Shown: positions 9,570 through 19,225 of the stretch, piece by piece
Layout: every line of letters begins with the position of its first letter
Numbering within the stretch: the first letter of the stretch is position 1
From: Paracoccus sp. (in: a-proteobacteria)
Lineage (GTDB): Bacteria > Pseudomonadota > Alphaproteobacteria > Rhodobacterales > Rhodobacteraceae
Assembly (NCBI RefSeq): GCF_046289755.1
Contig: NZ_JBKBVD010000010.1
Span: forward strand, 12,597 to 76,596
Direction of reading: 5' to 3'
DNA: 64,000 bases
Program-made: the position numbers and the translations under genes
The notes under the pieces: generated by a model
Told to the model about the DNA's origin: nothing
What the model saw: the letters and a program-made list of their open reading frames with translations, nothing else
Database searches by the model: none

Positions 9570-10581
9570 AGCGCGCCTGACCACCTTTGTCGCAGCCCTT
9601 GCCGGGGCTGCGGTCTTTCTGCTGATCGGTCTGCCGCTGCCCTGGCTGCTGGGGCCGATGCTGGGCTGCGTGATCGTGGCGCTGGCGGGCGCGCGGATGG
9701 CGGGGGCGGGGCAGTTCGGCGTCTTCATGCGCACCTTTCTGGGGGTGGCCGTCGGTGCCTCGATCACCCCCGAGGTGCTGACGGGCCTGCCCGCCATCGC
9801 CGGGTCGCTGGCCATCGTGCCGGTCTTTATCGTGGTGATCGCGCTGATCGGCTATCCGCTGTTCCGCCGCGTCTTTGGCTTTGACCACCCGACCGCGTGG
9901 TATGCGGCCATGCCGGGCGGGCTGCAGGACATGCTGGTCTTTGGCGAAGAGGCGGGCGGCGACATCCGCGCCCTGTCGCTGATCCATGCGACGCGGATTC
10001 TGGTGATCGTGACCGTCGCGCCGCTGATCATGACGTTTTACTGGCAGGTCGATCTGACCCAGCCCCCCGGCGCGCCCCTGGCCTCGGTCGCGTGGGACCA
10101 GATCGCGCTGATGGTGGTGGCGGGCATCGCGGGCTGGAAGATCGGCGAGCGGGTGGGCCTGTTCGGCGCCTCGATCCTGGGGCCGATGATCCTGACGGCG
10201 GCTTTGTCGCTGACGGGCGTGATCCAGACCCGCCCCCCGGCCGAGATCATTCAGGCCGCGCAATTCTTTATCGGCATTGCGGTGGGCGCGAAATATGCGG
10301 GCATCACCGCCCGCGAATTGCGGGTCGATGTGACCGCGGGGCTGGTCTATTCGCTGATGCTGGCCGTGGTCAGCCTGATTTTCCTTGAGATCGTCTATCT
10401 GCTGGGGCTCGCGCCCGCGCTGGACGCGTTTCTGGCCTTTCTGCCCGGCGGGCAGGCCGAGATGGTGATTATCGCCATCATCGCGGGCGCCGATCTGGCC
10501 TATGTCGTCAGCCACCATATCCTGCGGATCGTGCTGGTGATCCTGCTGGCGCCGGTTGCCGCGCGGTTTCTGAACCGCTAG
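9562..10581 (+). CDS. AbrB-family (AidB regulator / ammonia-monooxygenase-like) membrane protein
   Basis: Duplicated LPWLLGPM / GASILGPM halves, AMPGGLQDM, LPGGQAEM, HHILRI; TTG start. Confidence 0.85.
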   Translation: MTKARLTTFVAALAGAAVFLLIGLPLPWLLGPMLGCVIVALAGARMAGAGQFGVFMRTFLGVAVGASITPEVLTGLPAIAGSLAIVPVFIVVIALIGYPLFRRVFGFDHPTAWYAAMPGGLQDMLVFGEEAGGDIRALSLIHATRILVIVTVAPLIMTFYWQVDLTQPPGAPLASVAWDQIALMVVAGIAGWKIGERVGLFGASILGPMILTAALSLTGVIQTRPPAEIIQAAQFFIGIAVGAKYAGITARELRVDVTAGLVYSLMLAVVSLIFLEIVYLLGLAPALDAFLAFLPGGQAEMVIIAIIAGADLAYVVSHHILRIVLVILLAPVAARFLNR

Positions 10582-11327
10582 CCGCGCAGCGCAGGCAGCC
10601 CCACCCCCGCCGCGTCGAAACCCCCGTCGGCGGCCAGGATCTGGCCGGTGACATAGCTGGCGCGGTCCGAGCACAGGAACACGATGGCCTCGGCAATCTC
10701 GGTCTCGCGCCCGTAGCGGTTCAGCGGGATCGCGTCGTGATAGGCCGCCCGGATCGCCGGGCTGTGCACCGCCAGCGCCAGCTTGGTATCGACCGGTCCC
10801 GGCGCCACGCAATTGGCGCGGATGCCCCATTCGCCCAGTTCCACCGCCTGCTGCCGCGTCAGATGGATCACCGCCGCCTTCGAGGTGCCGTAAGCCACCC
10901 GCAGCGTCGAGGCCCGCAGCCCCGAGATCGAGGCTACATTGACGATGGCGCCGCGCGTGGGTTTCAGATGCGGGATCACCGCCTGCGAGGTCAGGAAGAC
11001 CCCGTCCAGATTGGTCCCCATGACCCAGCGCCACGTTTCAAGATCGGTCTCGGCGAGGGGTCGGAAATCGGCCACGCCCGCATTGTTGACCAGCGCGTCG
11101 ATGCGACCCGCCCACTGCGCCACATCGGCCACCATGGCGGCGACCTGACCGGGATCAGAGATGTCGCAGGTCACGGCGCGGGTGCCGGGCAGGCTCGCCA
11201 CCTGCGCCAGTTCCTCGCCGTCCAGATCTACCATGGCCACACGCCAGCCCTGATCCAGCAGCAGCCGGGTGGTGGCCAGCCCGATGCCGCGCGCGGCGCC
11301 GGTGACGATGGCGGTCTTGTCAGTCAT
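10578..11327 (-). CDS. SDR-family oxidoreductase
   Basis: TGAARGIG, NNAG, YGTSK catalytic motif, PG; last gene of the TRAP unit. Confidence 0.9.
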   Translation of the reverse strand: MTDKTAIVTGAARGIGLATTRLLLDQGWRVAMVDLDGEELAQVASLPGTRAVTCDISDPGQVAAMVADVAQWAGRIDALVNNAGVADFRPLAETDLETWRWVMGTNLDGVFLTSQAVIPHLKPTRGAIVNVASISGLRASTLRVAYGTSKAAVIHLTRQQAVELGEWGIRANCVAPGPVDTKLALAVHSPAIRAAYHDAIPLNRYGRETEIAEAIVFLCSDRASYVTGQILAADGGFDAAGVGLPALRG

Positions 11328-11349
11328 GGGATCTCCTTTCGGGATGGGA

Positions 11350-12681
11350 CTAGCGCAGCCATTGCACCAGCGTCAGCGAGATCGAGGGGAAGGCCGCCAC
11401 CACCGCCAGACCCACAAGCGCAGCCGCCAGAAAGGGCAGGGCGCCACGGGCCACCCGCTCGATGCTGAGGTTGGCGGTGTTGGCGGCGACATAGAGGTTG
11501 ATGCCCACGGGCGGCGTGATCAGCCCGATGGCCAGGTTGATCATCACCACGACCCCGAACCAGACCGGGTCCCAGCCAAGGCTGCGCATGACCGGCAGCA
11601 CGATGGGCAGGGTGATGAACATGACGGTGATCGCATCCATGAACATGCCCGCGATCAACAGGATCAGCATGATGACGGCAAGGATCACCCATTGATTGTC
11701 GCTGATGCCCAGCAGGCCGCTGGAATAGGTGCCGACCAGATCCTCGACCGTGATGACCCAGCCGAACAGGGCCGCATAGGCCACCACCAGCATGACCGTG
11801 GCCGAGGATGCCGCCGCATCGCTCAGCGCCGCATACAGCCCGCGCAGGCTCAGGCTGCGATAGATCAGACCACCCACGGCCATGGCATAGACGGTGGCGA
11901 CCAGCGCGGCCTCGGTCGGTGTGAAGATGCCCGAATAGATGCCGCCAAGGATCACCACCGGCGTCATCAGCCCCCAGAAGGCGTCGCGGAACCCCAGCCA
12001 CAGCCGCCGCCCGTAAGCCGCGCCCACATAGGGGGCGGGCGACAAAGCGGCCAGTCCCGGCCCCGTAGCTGGCCCCCGCACATGACCGCGCCGCGCCAGC
12101 AGGGGCAGCACCGCCAGCATGGTCAGCCCCATGAACAGCCCCGGCAGGATCGCCGCCAGAAACAGCTGCGAGATCGAGACCTCGGCAATCACCCCGTAAA
12201 GGACCAGCCCGATCGAGGGCGGGATGACGATGGACAGCGCCGCCCCCGCGCAGACCAGACCCGCCGCATGGGCGCGGGAATAGCCGTCCTCCTCCATGCC
12301 CTTGATGATCATCGGCCCGATGGCCGCGACCGAGGCGGGCCCCGAGCCGCTGACCGCCCCCCAGAACAGGCAGACGACCGTGCCGACCAGCCCCATGCCG
12401 CCGGGCAATCCGCCCACCAGCACGCGGAAAAAGCGGATCATCCGCTCGGCGATGCCGGTGCTGCCCATCAGCGCGCCCGCAAGGATAAAGAACGGGATCG
12501 CCAGCAGCGAATAGCGCGCCACGCCCGCGCTGATCAGATCGCCCGCAAGATCGAGGCCAAAGCCGATCCGCCACATCGCATAGATCGCCGACAGGCCAAG
12601 CGCAAAGGCCACCGGCACCCGCAGCGCCAGCAGCGCGAAGAACAGCAGCACCATCTGCGTGCCCGCATCCAGATCAGGCAT
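11350..12681 (-). CDS. dctM: TRAP transporter large permease DctM
   Basis: LLAIPFFILAG, SGSGPASVAAIG, IPPSI, FTPTEAA, ITPPVG; start set at MPDLD. Confidence 0.92.
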   Translation of the reverse strand: MPDLDAGTQMVLLFFALLALRVPVAFALGLSAIYAMWRIGFGLDLAGDLISAGVARYSLLAIPFFILAGALMGSTGIAERMIRFFRVLVGGLPGGMGLVGTVVCLFWGAVSGSGPASVAAIGPMIIKGMEEDGYSRAHAAGLVCAGAALSIVIPPSIGLVLYGVIAEVSISQLFLAAILPGLFMGLTMLAVLPLLARRGHVRGPATGPGLAALSPAPYVGAAYGRRLWLGFRDAFWGLMTPVVILGGIYSGIFTPTEAALVATVYAMAVGGLIYRSLSLRGLYAALSDAAASSATVMLVVAYAALFGWVITVEDLVGTYSSGLLGISDNQWVILAVIMLILLIAGMFMDAITVMFITLPIVLPVMRSLGWDPVWFGVVVMINLAIGLITPPVGINLYVAANTANLSIERVARGALPFLAAALVGLAVVAAFPSISLTLVQWLR

Positions 12682-13168
12682 CACGGCCTCCGGTCTCTCC
12701 TGTCCCGCCATGGCGGAATTCCTCGACCGTGTGCTGCACAAAGCGCGCCGCGATCAGCAGAAAGGCAAAGGGCACCGCCGCCTGATAATACCACGCCGGA
12801 ATCCCCAGCGCGTAAGAGCGCAGGCCGTTGGCATAAAGGATCGTCAGCGATTGCCAGGCCAGCCAGCTGGACGCCAGCAGCAGCCCGACCGACAGCGCCG
12901 CCGACAGCACCACCACCGGCAGGCGCAAGGCGCCGGGCAGCAGATCGACCGCCGCCGTCACCGCCAGATGCTGGCCGCGCCGCGCCGCGATCGCCGCGCC
13001 AAAGACGGTCAGCAGCAGAAAGCCGTTGGTCAGCAGCTCTTCGGACGAGGCCAGCGAATAGTTCGTGCCATAGCGCACCACGACATTGGCAAAGCCCAAC
13101 AGCGTCATCCCCAGAAACAGGACCGCGCAGATCAGTTTTTCCGCCTCGCGGAACAGGAAGGCAAGCAT
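12674..13168 (-). CDS. dctQ: TRAP transporter small permease DctQ
   Basis: NVVVRY, SEEL, FGAAIAARRGQHLAV; four TM helices. Confidence 0.88.
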   Translation of the reverse strand: MLAFLFREAEKLICAVLFLGMTLLGFANVVVRYGTNYSLASSEELLTNGFLLLTVFGAAIAARRGQHLAVTAAVDLLPGALRLPVVVLSAALSVGLLLASSWLAWQSLTILYANGLRSYALGIPAWYYQAAVPFAFLLIAARFVQHTVEEFRHGGTGETGGRDA

Positions 13169-13249
13169 GAGCACCCCGGATGCGCTGGGGGCACGGCCGC
13201 GGCCGGGCCATGCCCCTGATGTCAGTTGTCGCCTGTCAGCTGGCGCGCC

Positions 13250-14257
13250 TCAGTTGGCGGTGGCGATGGCCTGCTGGAACGCCCCGACCAGATCCGGGCC
13301 GACACGCTCGGCCCATTGATCGAAGGCGGGCTGGGTCGCCTCGCGGAAGGCGGCGATTTCGTCGGCGCTGGCCTCGTGCACCTCCATCCCGCGTTCGCGT
13401 AGGAAGGCGATGCCGGTCTCGGTGCTCTCGCGGGTGATGTCCTTCTGATAGGCCATCGCCTCCAGCGCCACCTCGCGGATCATCGCTTGCTGCGCTTCGT
13501 CATAGCTGTCCCATTTCGCCTTTGAGATGCCAAGGAACACCGGGTCATAGGAATAATGCCAGGTGGTCAGATAGCGCTGCACCTCATAGACCTGCTGCGG
13601 GATGATGACGGCGCCGATGGGGTTTTCCTGCCCGTCCACCACGCCCTGCTGCAGCGCGGTCAGGGTCTCGGTCCACTGCATCTGCTGGGGATTGGCGCCA
13701 AGCGCGTTCATCACGTCGATATACATCGGCCCCGCGACGCGCATGTTCAGGCCGCGCATATCCTCGGGGCTGGTGATCGGGCGGACATTGTTGGTCACCT
13801 CGCGAAAGCCGTTCTCGCCCCAGGCCAGCACCATGATGCCCTGACCCTCAAGCAGCTCGGCCAGCCGGTCGGCGGGGCCGCCGGGCGCGGTCGTCGCATC
13901 GACCTGTTCATAGCCGGAATAGAGATAGGGCAGCGAGAACACCGCCATTTCGGGCACCAGCGGCGTGACGTTGATGGCCGAGGTCACGACCAGATCCAGC
14001 GCGCCGCGCCCGACCATATCGGCCTGCCGCATCTGGTCGCCACCGGCCAGCTGGGCGTTGGGGAAGACGCGCACGTCGATCTCGCCGCCCGAGCGTTCGG
14101 CCAGCAGTTCGCCGAATTTCTCGGCGCCCTTGTGCCATGTGGTGCCGTCGCCGGTATTGTGCGACAGGCGCAGCGTTTCCGCCGTCACCGCCCCCGCGCC
14201 AAGCGCAACCGCCATTGCCGTGGCCAGCGCGAAGCGGCCCAGTCCTGTGAATGTCAT
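13250..14257 (-). CDS. dctP: TRAP transporter substrate-binding protein DctP
   Basis: Signal peptide; FPNAQL, ENGFREVTN, GLNMRV (conserved carboxylate-binding Arg), LQQGVVDGQENP. Confidence 0.92.
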   Translation of the reverse strand: MTFTGLGRFALATAMAVALGAGAVTAETLRLSHNTGDGTTWHKGAEKFGELLAERSGGEIDVRVFPNAQLAGGDQMRQADMVGRGALDLVVTSAINVTPLVPEMAVFSLPYLYSGYEQVDATTAPGGPADRLAELLEGQGIMVLAWGENGFREVTNNVRPITSPEDMRGLNMRVAGPMYIDVMNALGANPQQMQWTETLTALQQGVVDGQENPIGAVIIPQQVYEVQRYLTTWHYSYDPVFLGISKAKWDSYDEAQQAMIREVALEAMAYQKDITRESTETGIAFLRERGMEVHEASADEIAAFREATQPAFDQWAERVGPDLVGAFQQAIATAN

Positions 14258-14325
14258 CGTGATCCCTCCCTCGGTGGCGCCTCCCTCTGGCGCCGGTTCA
14301 CATCATGGCGTGGTCGCAGCGGCTT

Positions 14326-14345
14326 TGGCAAGAATGAACTTGCCA
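14326..14345. promoter_or_regulatory. Perfect 7-bp inverted repeat TGGCAAG-N6-CTTGCCA between dctP and iclR (operator or back-to-back -35 boxes)
   Basis: Read directly; function is inference. Confidence 0.35.
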
Positions 14346-14405
14346 TTTGCAGATGTCTGCTCAATCCTGTGCGGCGCGATGAGGGCGAATACAGGGGTTC
14401 ACAAT

Positions 14406-15203
14406 ATGGACATGTCCGATCAGCCCGGCGGCACCCAAAGCGTCGACCGGGCGCTGGCGCTGCTGGATCTGATCGCACGCGGCCCCGATGAAGGGGTCGG
14501 GCTGGCCGCATTGGTGGCCGCTTCGGGGCTGAACAAGGCCACCGTGCGGCGGCTGGTGCTGGCGCTGATCCGGGGCGGGCTGGTGGCGCAGGATGCGGCC
14601 TCGCGGCTGTATCATCTGGGCGATCAGGCGCAGGTTCTGGGCGCGCGGGCTGTGCGCCATCCGGGGCTGGCGCGGGTCGCGGGCGAAAGCGTGATGCGGC
14701 TGGCGCAGGAGACGGGGGATGCGGCGCTGCTGTCGGTCCGGCGCGGCGCCTCGGCGCTGTGCCTGATGCGCGAAGAGGGGGCCTATCCGCTGCGCACCCA
14801 TGCGCTGATGCCCGGCCAGATGCACCCGCTTGGGGTCGGCGCGGGTTCGCTTGCGATGCTGGCGGCGCTGCCGGATGATGAGGCGCGGGCGGTCATCGCC
14901 GCCAATGCCGATCACCTCGCGCGCCACTATCCCGACTTTACCGCCCACGCGCTGACCGCGCAGATCGCGCAGGTCCGCGCGGCGGGCGTGGCGCTGAATC
15001 CGGGCCGGGTGATCGAGGGGTCATGGGGTCTGGGCATCGCGCTGCACCATCCCGGCGGGCGGCTGGCGGGCGCGCTGTCGGTGGCGGCGGTCGAGGCCCG
15101 GATGCGCCCCGACCGCCTGCCCGACCTGACCCGCCGCCTGCGCGCCGAGGCCGCGCGCATCGAAACACGGCTTGCGCAGGACGCGCAGAAAGGACCGACA
15201 TGA
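14406..15203 (+). CDS. IclR-family transcriptional regulator
   Basis: TQSVDRALALL HTH, GLNKATVRRL, PLGVGAGSLAML, GALSVAA. Confidence 0.9.
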   Translation: MDMSDQPGGTQSVDRALALLDLIARGPDEGVGLAALVAASGLNKATVRRLVLALIRGGLVAQDAASRLYHLGDQAQVLGARAVRHPGLARVAGESVMRLAQETGDAALLSVRRGASALCLMREEGAYPLRTHALMPGQMHPLGVGAGSLAMLAALPDDEARAVIAANADHLARHYPDFTAHALTAQIAQVRAAGVALNPGRVIEGSWGLGIALHHPGGRLAGALSVAAVEARMRPDRLPDLTRRLRAEAARIETRLAQDAQKGPT

Positions 15204-16369
15204 CCGATCCCGTCATCCTTGGCTGGGGCCACAGCCTCTTTGGCAAATCCCCGCATGAGGACACCGAAAGCCTGATGGCCGAGGTGGTGCCTGCCGCGCT
15301 GGACCATGCGGGCATCACGGCGGGCGATGTCGATGGCATCTTTGTGGGCGTGTTCAACAACGGTTTCTCGGCGCAGGATTTTCAGGCCGCATTGGTCGGC
15401 ATGGGCGATCCGGCGCTGGCCCAGATCCCCGCGACCCGGTTCGAGAATGCCTGCGCCACCGGATCGGCTGCCCTGTTCGGGGCTGCGGATTTCATCGCCT
15501 CGGGGCGGGGTCGGATCGCGCTGGTCGTGGGCGCCGAGAAGATGACCGCGACGCCCACGGCTGAGGTGGGCGAGATCCTGCTGGGCGCCAGCTATCGCCG
15601 CGAAGAGGCGTCGGTCGAGGCCGGGTTCGCGGGTCTCTTCGGCCAGATCGCGGCAGGCTATTTCCAGCGTTACGGTGATCGCTCGCAGGAACTGGCGATG
15701 ATCGCGGCCAAGAACCACGAAAACGGCATGCGCAATCCATACGCCCATATGCGCAAGGATCTGGGGGTGGAATTCTGCGCCACCATCAGCGACCGCAATC
15801 CGCGCGTGGCGGGACCGCTGCGGCGCAGCGACTGCTCGCTGATCTCGGACGGGGCGGCGGCTTTGGTGCTGGCCCATCCCGATCTGGCGGCGGATGCGCC
15901 GCGCGCCATCGGTTTTCGTGCCCGCGCGCAGGCCAATGACGTGATGGCCCTGTCGCGCCGCGATGTGCTGGAATTCCGCGGCGCCCGCCGCGCATGGGCG
16001 CAGGCGCTGGCGGCGGCGGGCGTGACGCTGGACGATCTGTCGCTGGTCGAGACGCATGACTGTTTCACCATCGCCGAGATGCTGGAATACGAGGCGATGG
16101 GGCTGGCCGAACCGGGGCAGGGGCATCGCGTCATCCGCGAGGGCCTGACCCATCGCGGCGGGCGGCTGCCGGTGAACCTGTCGGGCGGGCTGAAATCCAA
16201 GGGCCATCCCATCGGCGCCACCGGCGTCTCGCAGCATGTCATGGCCGCGATGCAACTGGCCGGTGAGGCGGGCGGGATGCAGCTTGCAGGCGCGACCATG
16301 GCGGGGGTCTTCAACATGGGGGGCGCTGCGGTCACGAACTATGTCTCGATCCTGGAGCGGCTGAGATGA
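15200..16369 (+). CDS. SCP2-type thiolase-family protein
   Basis: ENACATGSAA, ETHDCFTIAE, SGGLKSKGHPIGATG, NMGG; ATGA overlap with iclR. Confidence 0.88.
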   Translation: MTDPVILGWGHSLFGKSPHEDTESLMAEVVPAALDHAGITAGDVDGIFVGVFNNGFSAQDFQAALVGMGDPALAQIPATRFENACATGSAALFGAADFIASGRGRIALVVGAEKMTATPTAEVGEILLGASYRREEASVEAGFAGLFGQIAAGYFQRYGDRSQELAMIAAKNHENGMRNPYAHMRKDLGVEFCATISDRNPRVAGPLRRSDCSLISDGAAALVLAHPDLAADAPRAIGFRARAQANDVMALSRRDVLEFRGARRAWAQALAAAGVTLDDLSLVETHDCFTIAEMLEYEAMGLAEPGQGHRVIREGLTHRGGRLPVNLSGGLKSKGHPIGATGVSQHVMAAMQLAGEAGGMQLAGATMAGVFNMGGAAVTNYVSILERLR

Positions 16370-17937
16370 CGCCCGTTTCGACACGCGTGATGAACCTGTG
16401 CCATTTTCTGACCCAGACCGCCCGGCGCCTGCCCGACGCGCCCGCGCTGATCCATGGCGCGCGGGTCAGCACATGGGCCACGATGCAGGCGCGGGCGGGG
16501 GCGCTGGCCCATGCGCTGATCCATGATTACGGGCTGGGCAAGGGCGACCGGCTGCTGGTGCAATCGGCCAATTGCGGCCAGATGGTCGAGGCGATGTTTG
16601 CCTGCTGGCGCGTGGGCGCGGTCTGGGTGCCCGCCAATTCCCGGCTGGCCCCCGATGATCTGGCTTACCTCGCGCAATCCTCTGGCGCGGCGCTGATGCT
16701 GTGCGGCGCGGAATATCCGGGTCATGCGGCGGCCTGCGCGGATCATGTGGGCGCGGTCATCTCGATCGGGGTGTCGGATTTCGGCACCGATCAGGAGGCG
16801 CTGATCGCCCGCCATATGGGGCAGATGCCGCCCGAGGCGCCGGTTGACCGCGACGATCCCTGCTGGTTCTTCTTCACCTCGGGCACGACCGGGCGGCCCA
16901 AGGCTGCGGTGCTGACCCATGGCCAGATGGCCTTCGTGGTGACCAACCACCTGTGCGACCTGATGCCGGGCATGACCGAGGGGGATGCCTCGCTGGTGGT
17001 GGCACCGCTGTCGCATGGCGCGGGCATCCATCTGCTGTCGCAGGTGGCGCGCGGCGTGGCCTCGGTCCTGCCTGCGGGCGAGCGGTTCGACCCGGCGGAG
17101 ATCTGGGCGCTGGTCGAACGCCACCGCATCACCAACGCCTTTACCGTGCCCACAATCCTCAAGCTGCTGGTCGAACACGAGGCGGTGGACCGGGTCGACC
17201 ATTCCAGCCTGCGCCATGTGATCTATGCCGGTGCGCCGATGTATCGCGCCGACCAGATCCGGGCGCTGGACCGGCTGGGCGCGGTGCTGGTGCAGTATTT
17301 CGGGCTGGGCGAGGTCACCGGCAATATCACCGTCCTGCCGCCCGCGCTGCATTCGCCCGATGATGCGGTGATGCGCATCGGCACCTGCGGCTTCGCCCGC
17401 ACCGGCATGCAGGTCGAGGTGCAGGACGATCAGGGCCGCGCCCTGCCCGCGGGCGAGACGGGCGAGATTGCGGTGATCGGCCCCGCCGTCTTTGCCGGCT
17501 ATCACGACAACGCCCAGGCCAACGCCAAGAGCTTTCGCGACGGCTGGTTCCTGACCGGCGATCTGGGCCATCTGGACGCGCAGGGGTTTCTGTATCTGAC
17601 CGGCCGGTCCTCGGACATGTATATCTCGGGCGGCTCCAACATCTCTCCGCGCGAGGTCGAGGAAAAGCTGCTGGCCCATCCGGCGCTGGCCGAGGTGATC
17701 GTGCTGGGCGCCCCCGATCCGGTCTGGGGCGAGACGGGGCTGGCGGTCTGCGTGACGCGCGAGGGGCAGGCGCTGGAGGCCGAGGCGCTGCTGGGCTGGC
17801 TGGAGGGGCGGCTGGCGCGCTACAAGCAGCCGCGCCATGTTGTGTTCTGGGCGGCGCTGCCGAAATCGGCCTATGGCAAGATCACCCGCAAGATGGTGCG
17901 CGAGGAACTGATCGCGCGGGGGCAATGGCCCGGTTGA
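16366..17937 (+). CDS. Acyl-CoA synthetase (AMP-forming)
   Basis: FFTSGTTGRPK, YFGLGE, TGDLG, GRSSDMYISGG, LPKSAYGKI. Confidence 0.92.
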   Translation: MTPVSTRVMNLCHFLTQTARRLPDAPALIHGARVSTWATMQARAGALAHALIHDYGLGKGDRLLVQSANCGQMVEAMFACWRVGAVWVPANSRLAPDDLAYLAQSSGAALMLCGAEYPGHAAACADHVGAVISIGVSDFGTDQEALIARHMGQMPPEAPVDRDDPCWFFFTSGTTGRPKAAVLTHGQMAFVVTNHLCDLMPGMTEGDASLVVAPLSHGAGIHLLSQVARGVASVLPAGERFDPAEIWALVERHRITNAFTVPTILKLLVEHEAVDRVDHSSLRHVIYAGAPMYRADQIRALDRLGAVLVQYFGLGEVTGNITVLPPALHSPDDAVMRIGTCGFARTGMQVEVQDDQGRALPAGETGEIAVIGPAVFAGYHDNAQANAKSFRDGWFLTGDLGHLDAQGFLYLTGRSSDMYISGGSNISPREVEEKLLAHPALAEVIVLGAPDPVWGETGLAVCVTREGQALEAEALLGWLEGRLARYKQPRHVVFWAALPKSAYGKITRKMVREELIARGQWPG

Positions 17938-18755
17938 TGCGGGTGCTGACCCATCCCGGCCCGGTCGCAGCGCGGCGTCTGATCGCGGTGCCCTGCCGCG
18001 CGCAGACGGTCACATTGCCCCTGCGCGCGGGGCTGGCGCTGGACCGGGCGGTGGCCGGGGCATTCGCCGGGGCGGGGTTTCAGGCAGGTTATCTGCGTCT
18101 GGCCGCTCTGCCGTTGTCGGCGCTGGCCTGGGTGATCCCGGCGCGCGCGGCGCCCGGCAACCCCCGCGTCGCCTGGTTCAGCGACACCCGCCGCGCGGCG
18201 GGCGGCACGATCATCGCGGGCGGCCTGCATCTGGGCGCGCGCGACGGCCAGCCCTTCGTGCATTGCCACGGGCTCTGGCGCGACCCGGATGGCGCGCGTC
18301 ATGCGGGCCATCTGCGCGCCGACGAGACGGTTCTGGCACAGGACTGCACCGCCCAGGGCTGGGGCCTCAGCGGCGCCCGTTTCGAGGTGCAGCACGACCC
18401 CGAGACCGGCTTTCCCCTGTTCACCCCGCAGCCCTTCGGCGCCATGGGACCGGGCGAACCCGCGACACTGCAGCGCCTTTGCCCCAATCAGGACCTGTCC
18501 CGTGCGCTGGACGGCCTGCCCGACGGCACGCGGATCGAGGGCATTGGCAGCCTGATCGGCACCCGCTTCGACGACGCGCCCCCGATCGACGGCCCCGCGA
18601 CCGAGATCTGGCTGCGCGAGGGGCGCATCGCCCAAGGCACAGCCCGGCTGCGCGCGGTCTCGGTCGGCATGGACGGCACCGCGCAGGAGGGCTGGCTGAG
18701 CCGCGACGAAAACGCCGTCTGCGTCACCGCCGAACTGCTGATCCTGCCCGCCTAG
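17937..18755 (+). CDS. Tandem PPC/DUF296-like domain protein
   Basis: VHCHGLW...AGHL motif in domain 1; IEGIGSL...AELLI degenerate domain 2; TGATG coupling to the ligase. Confidence 0.65.
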   Translation: MRVLTHPGPVAARRLIAVPCRAQTVTLPLRAGLALDRAVAGAFAGAGFQAGYLRLAALPLSALAWVIPARAAPGNPRVAWFSDTRRAAGGTIIAGGLHLGARDGQPFVHCHGLWRDPDGARHAGHLRADETVLAQDCTAQGWGLSGARFEVQHDPETGFPLFTPQPFGAMGPGEPATLQRLCPNQDLSRALDGLPDGTRIEGIGSLIGTRFDDAPPIDGPATEIWLREGRIAQGTARLRAVSVGMDGTAQEGWLSRDENAVCVTAELLILPA

Positions 18756-19072
18756 CCCTGCCGCGCCTTGGTCTGGATCGCGTTGAATCCCTCGAATTTC
18801 GGCGCCCCTGCATGCAGCTTGCGCGCCTCACCCGCCCGCGCATGCGAGGCGCGGAACTGGTCCGAGGTGGTCCAGCCCCGGAACGCCTCTTCCGATGCCC
18901 AGACCGTGTGCGAGGCGTACAGCCGGTGGCCGTCCTGTTCCGGGCCTTTCAGCATGTGAAACTCGACAAAGCCCGGCATTTCGTGCAGGCGGCTTTCGCG
19001 GTTCAGCCACAGCGCCTCGAATTCCTCGGCGTTTTCCAGCGGCACGGTAAAGCGGTTCATGGCAAGATACAT
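18752..19072 (-). CDS. ABM-domain monooxygenase, IsdG/HmuQ heme-degrading type
   Basis: AMNRF, PGF, YASHTVW, W67 and H77 plus N6 in IsdG-like spacing. Confidence 0.85.
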   Translation of the reverse strand: MYLAMNRFTVPLENAEEFEALWLNRESRLHEMPGFVEFHMLKGPEQDGHRLYASHTVWASEEAFRGWTTSDQFRASHARAGEARKLHAGAPKFEGFNAIQTKARQG

Positions 19073-19225
19073 GGGGCACTCCTGTCAGGTGGCAATGTCC
19101 GGGGGGATGGCTCGCTGCTCCGGGGTTGAGGAGAGAGGCTGGCTGCGCGCAGACATGACGCGGGGCGGCGCCAAGGTCAAGGCGCGGTCTTGCAGCGGAC
19201 ACAACCCCGCATTAACCTGGCCGCC

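Noticed and set aside
14397-14411. GTTCA-N5-TGGAC as an IclR operator over the start codon
   Set aside because: Imperfect 5-bp arms; too weak to call without comparative data
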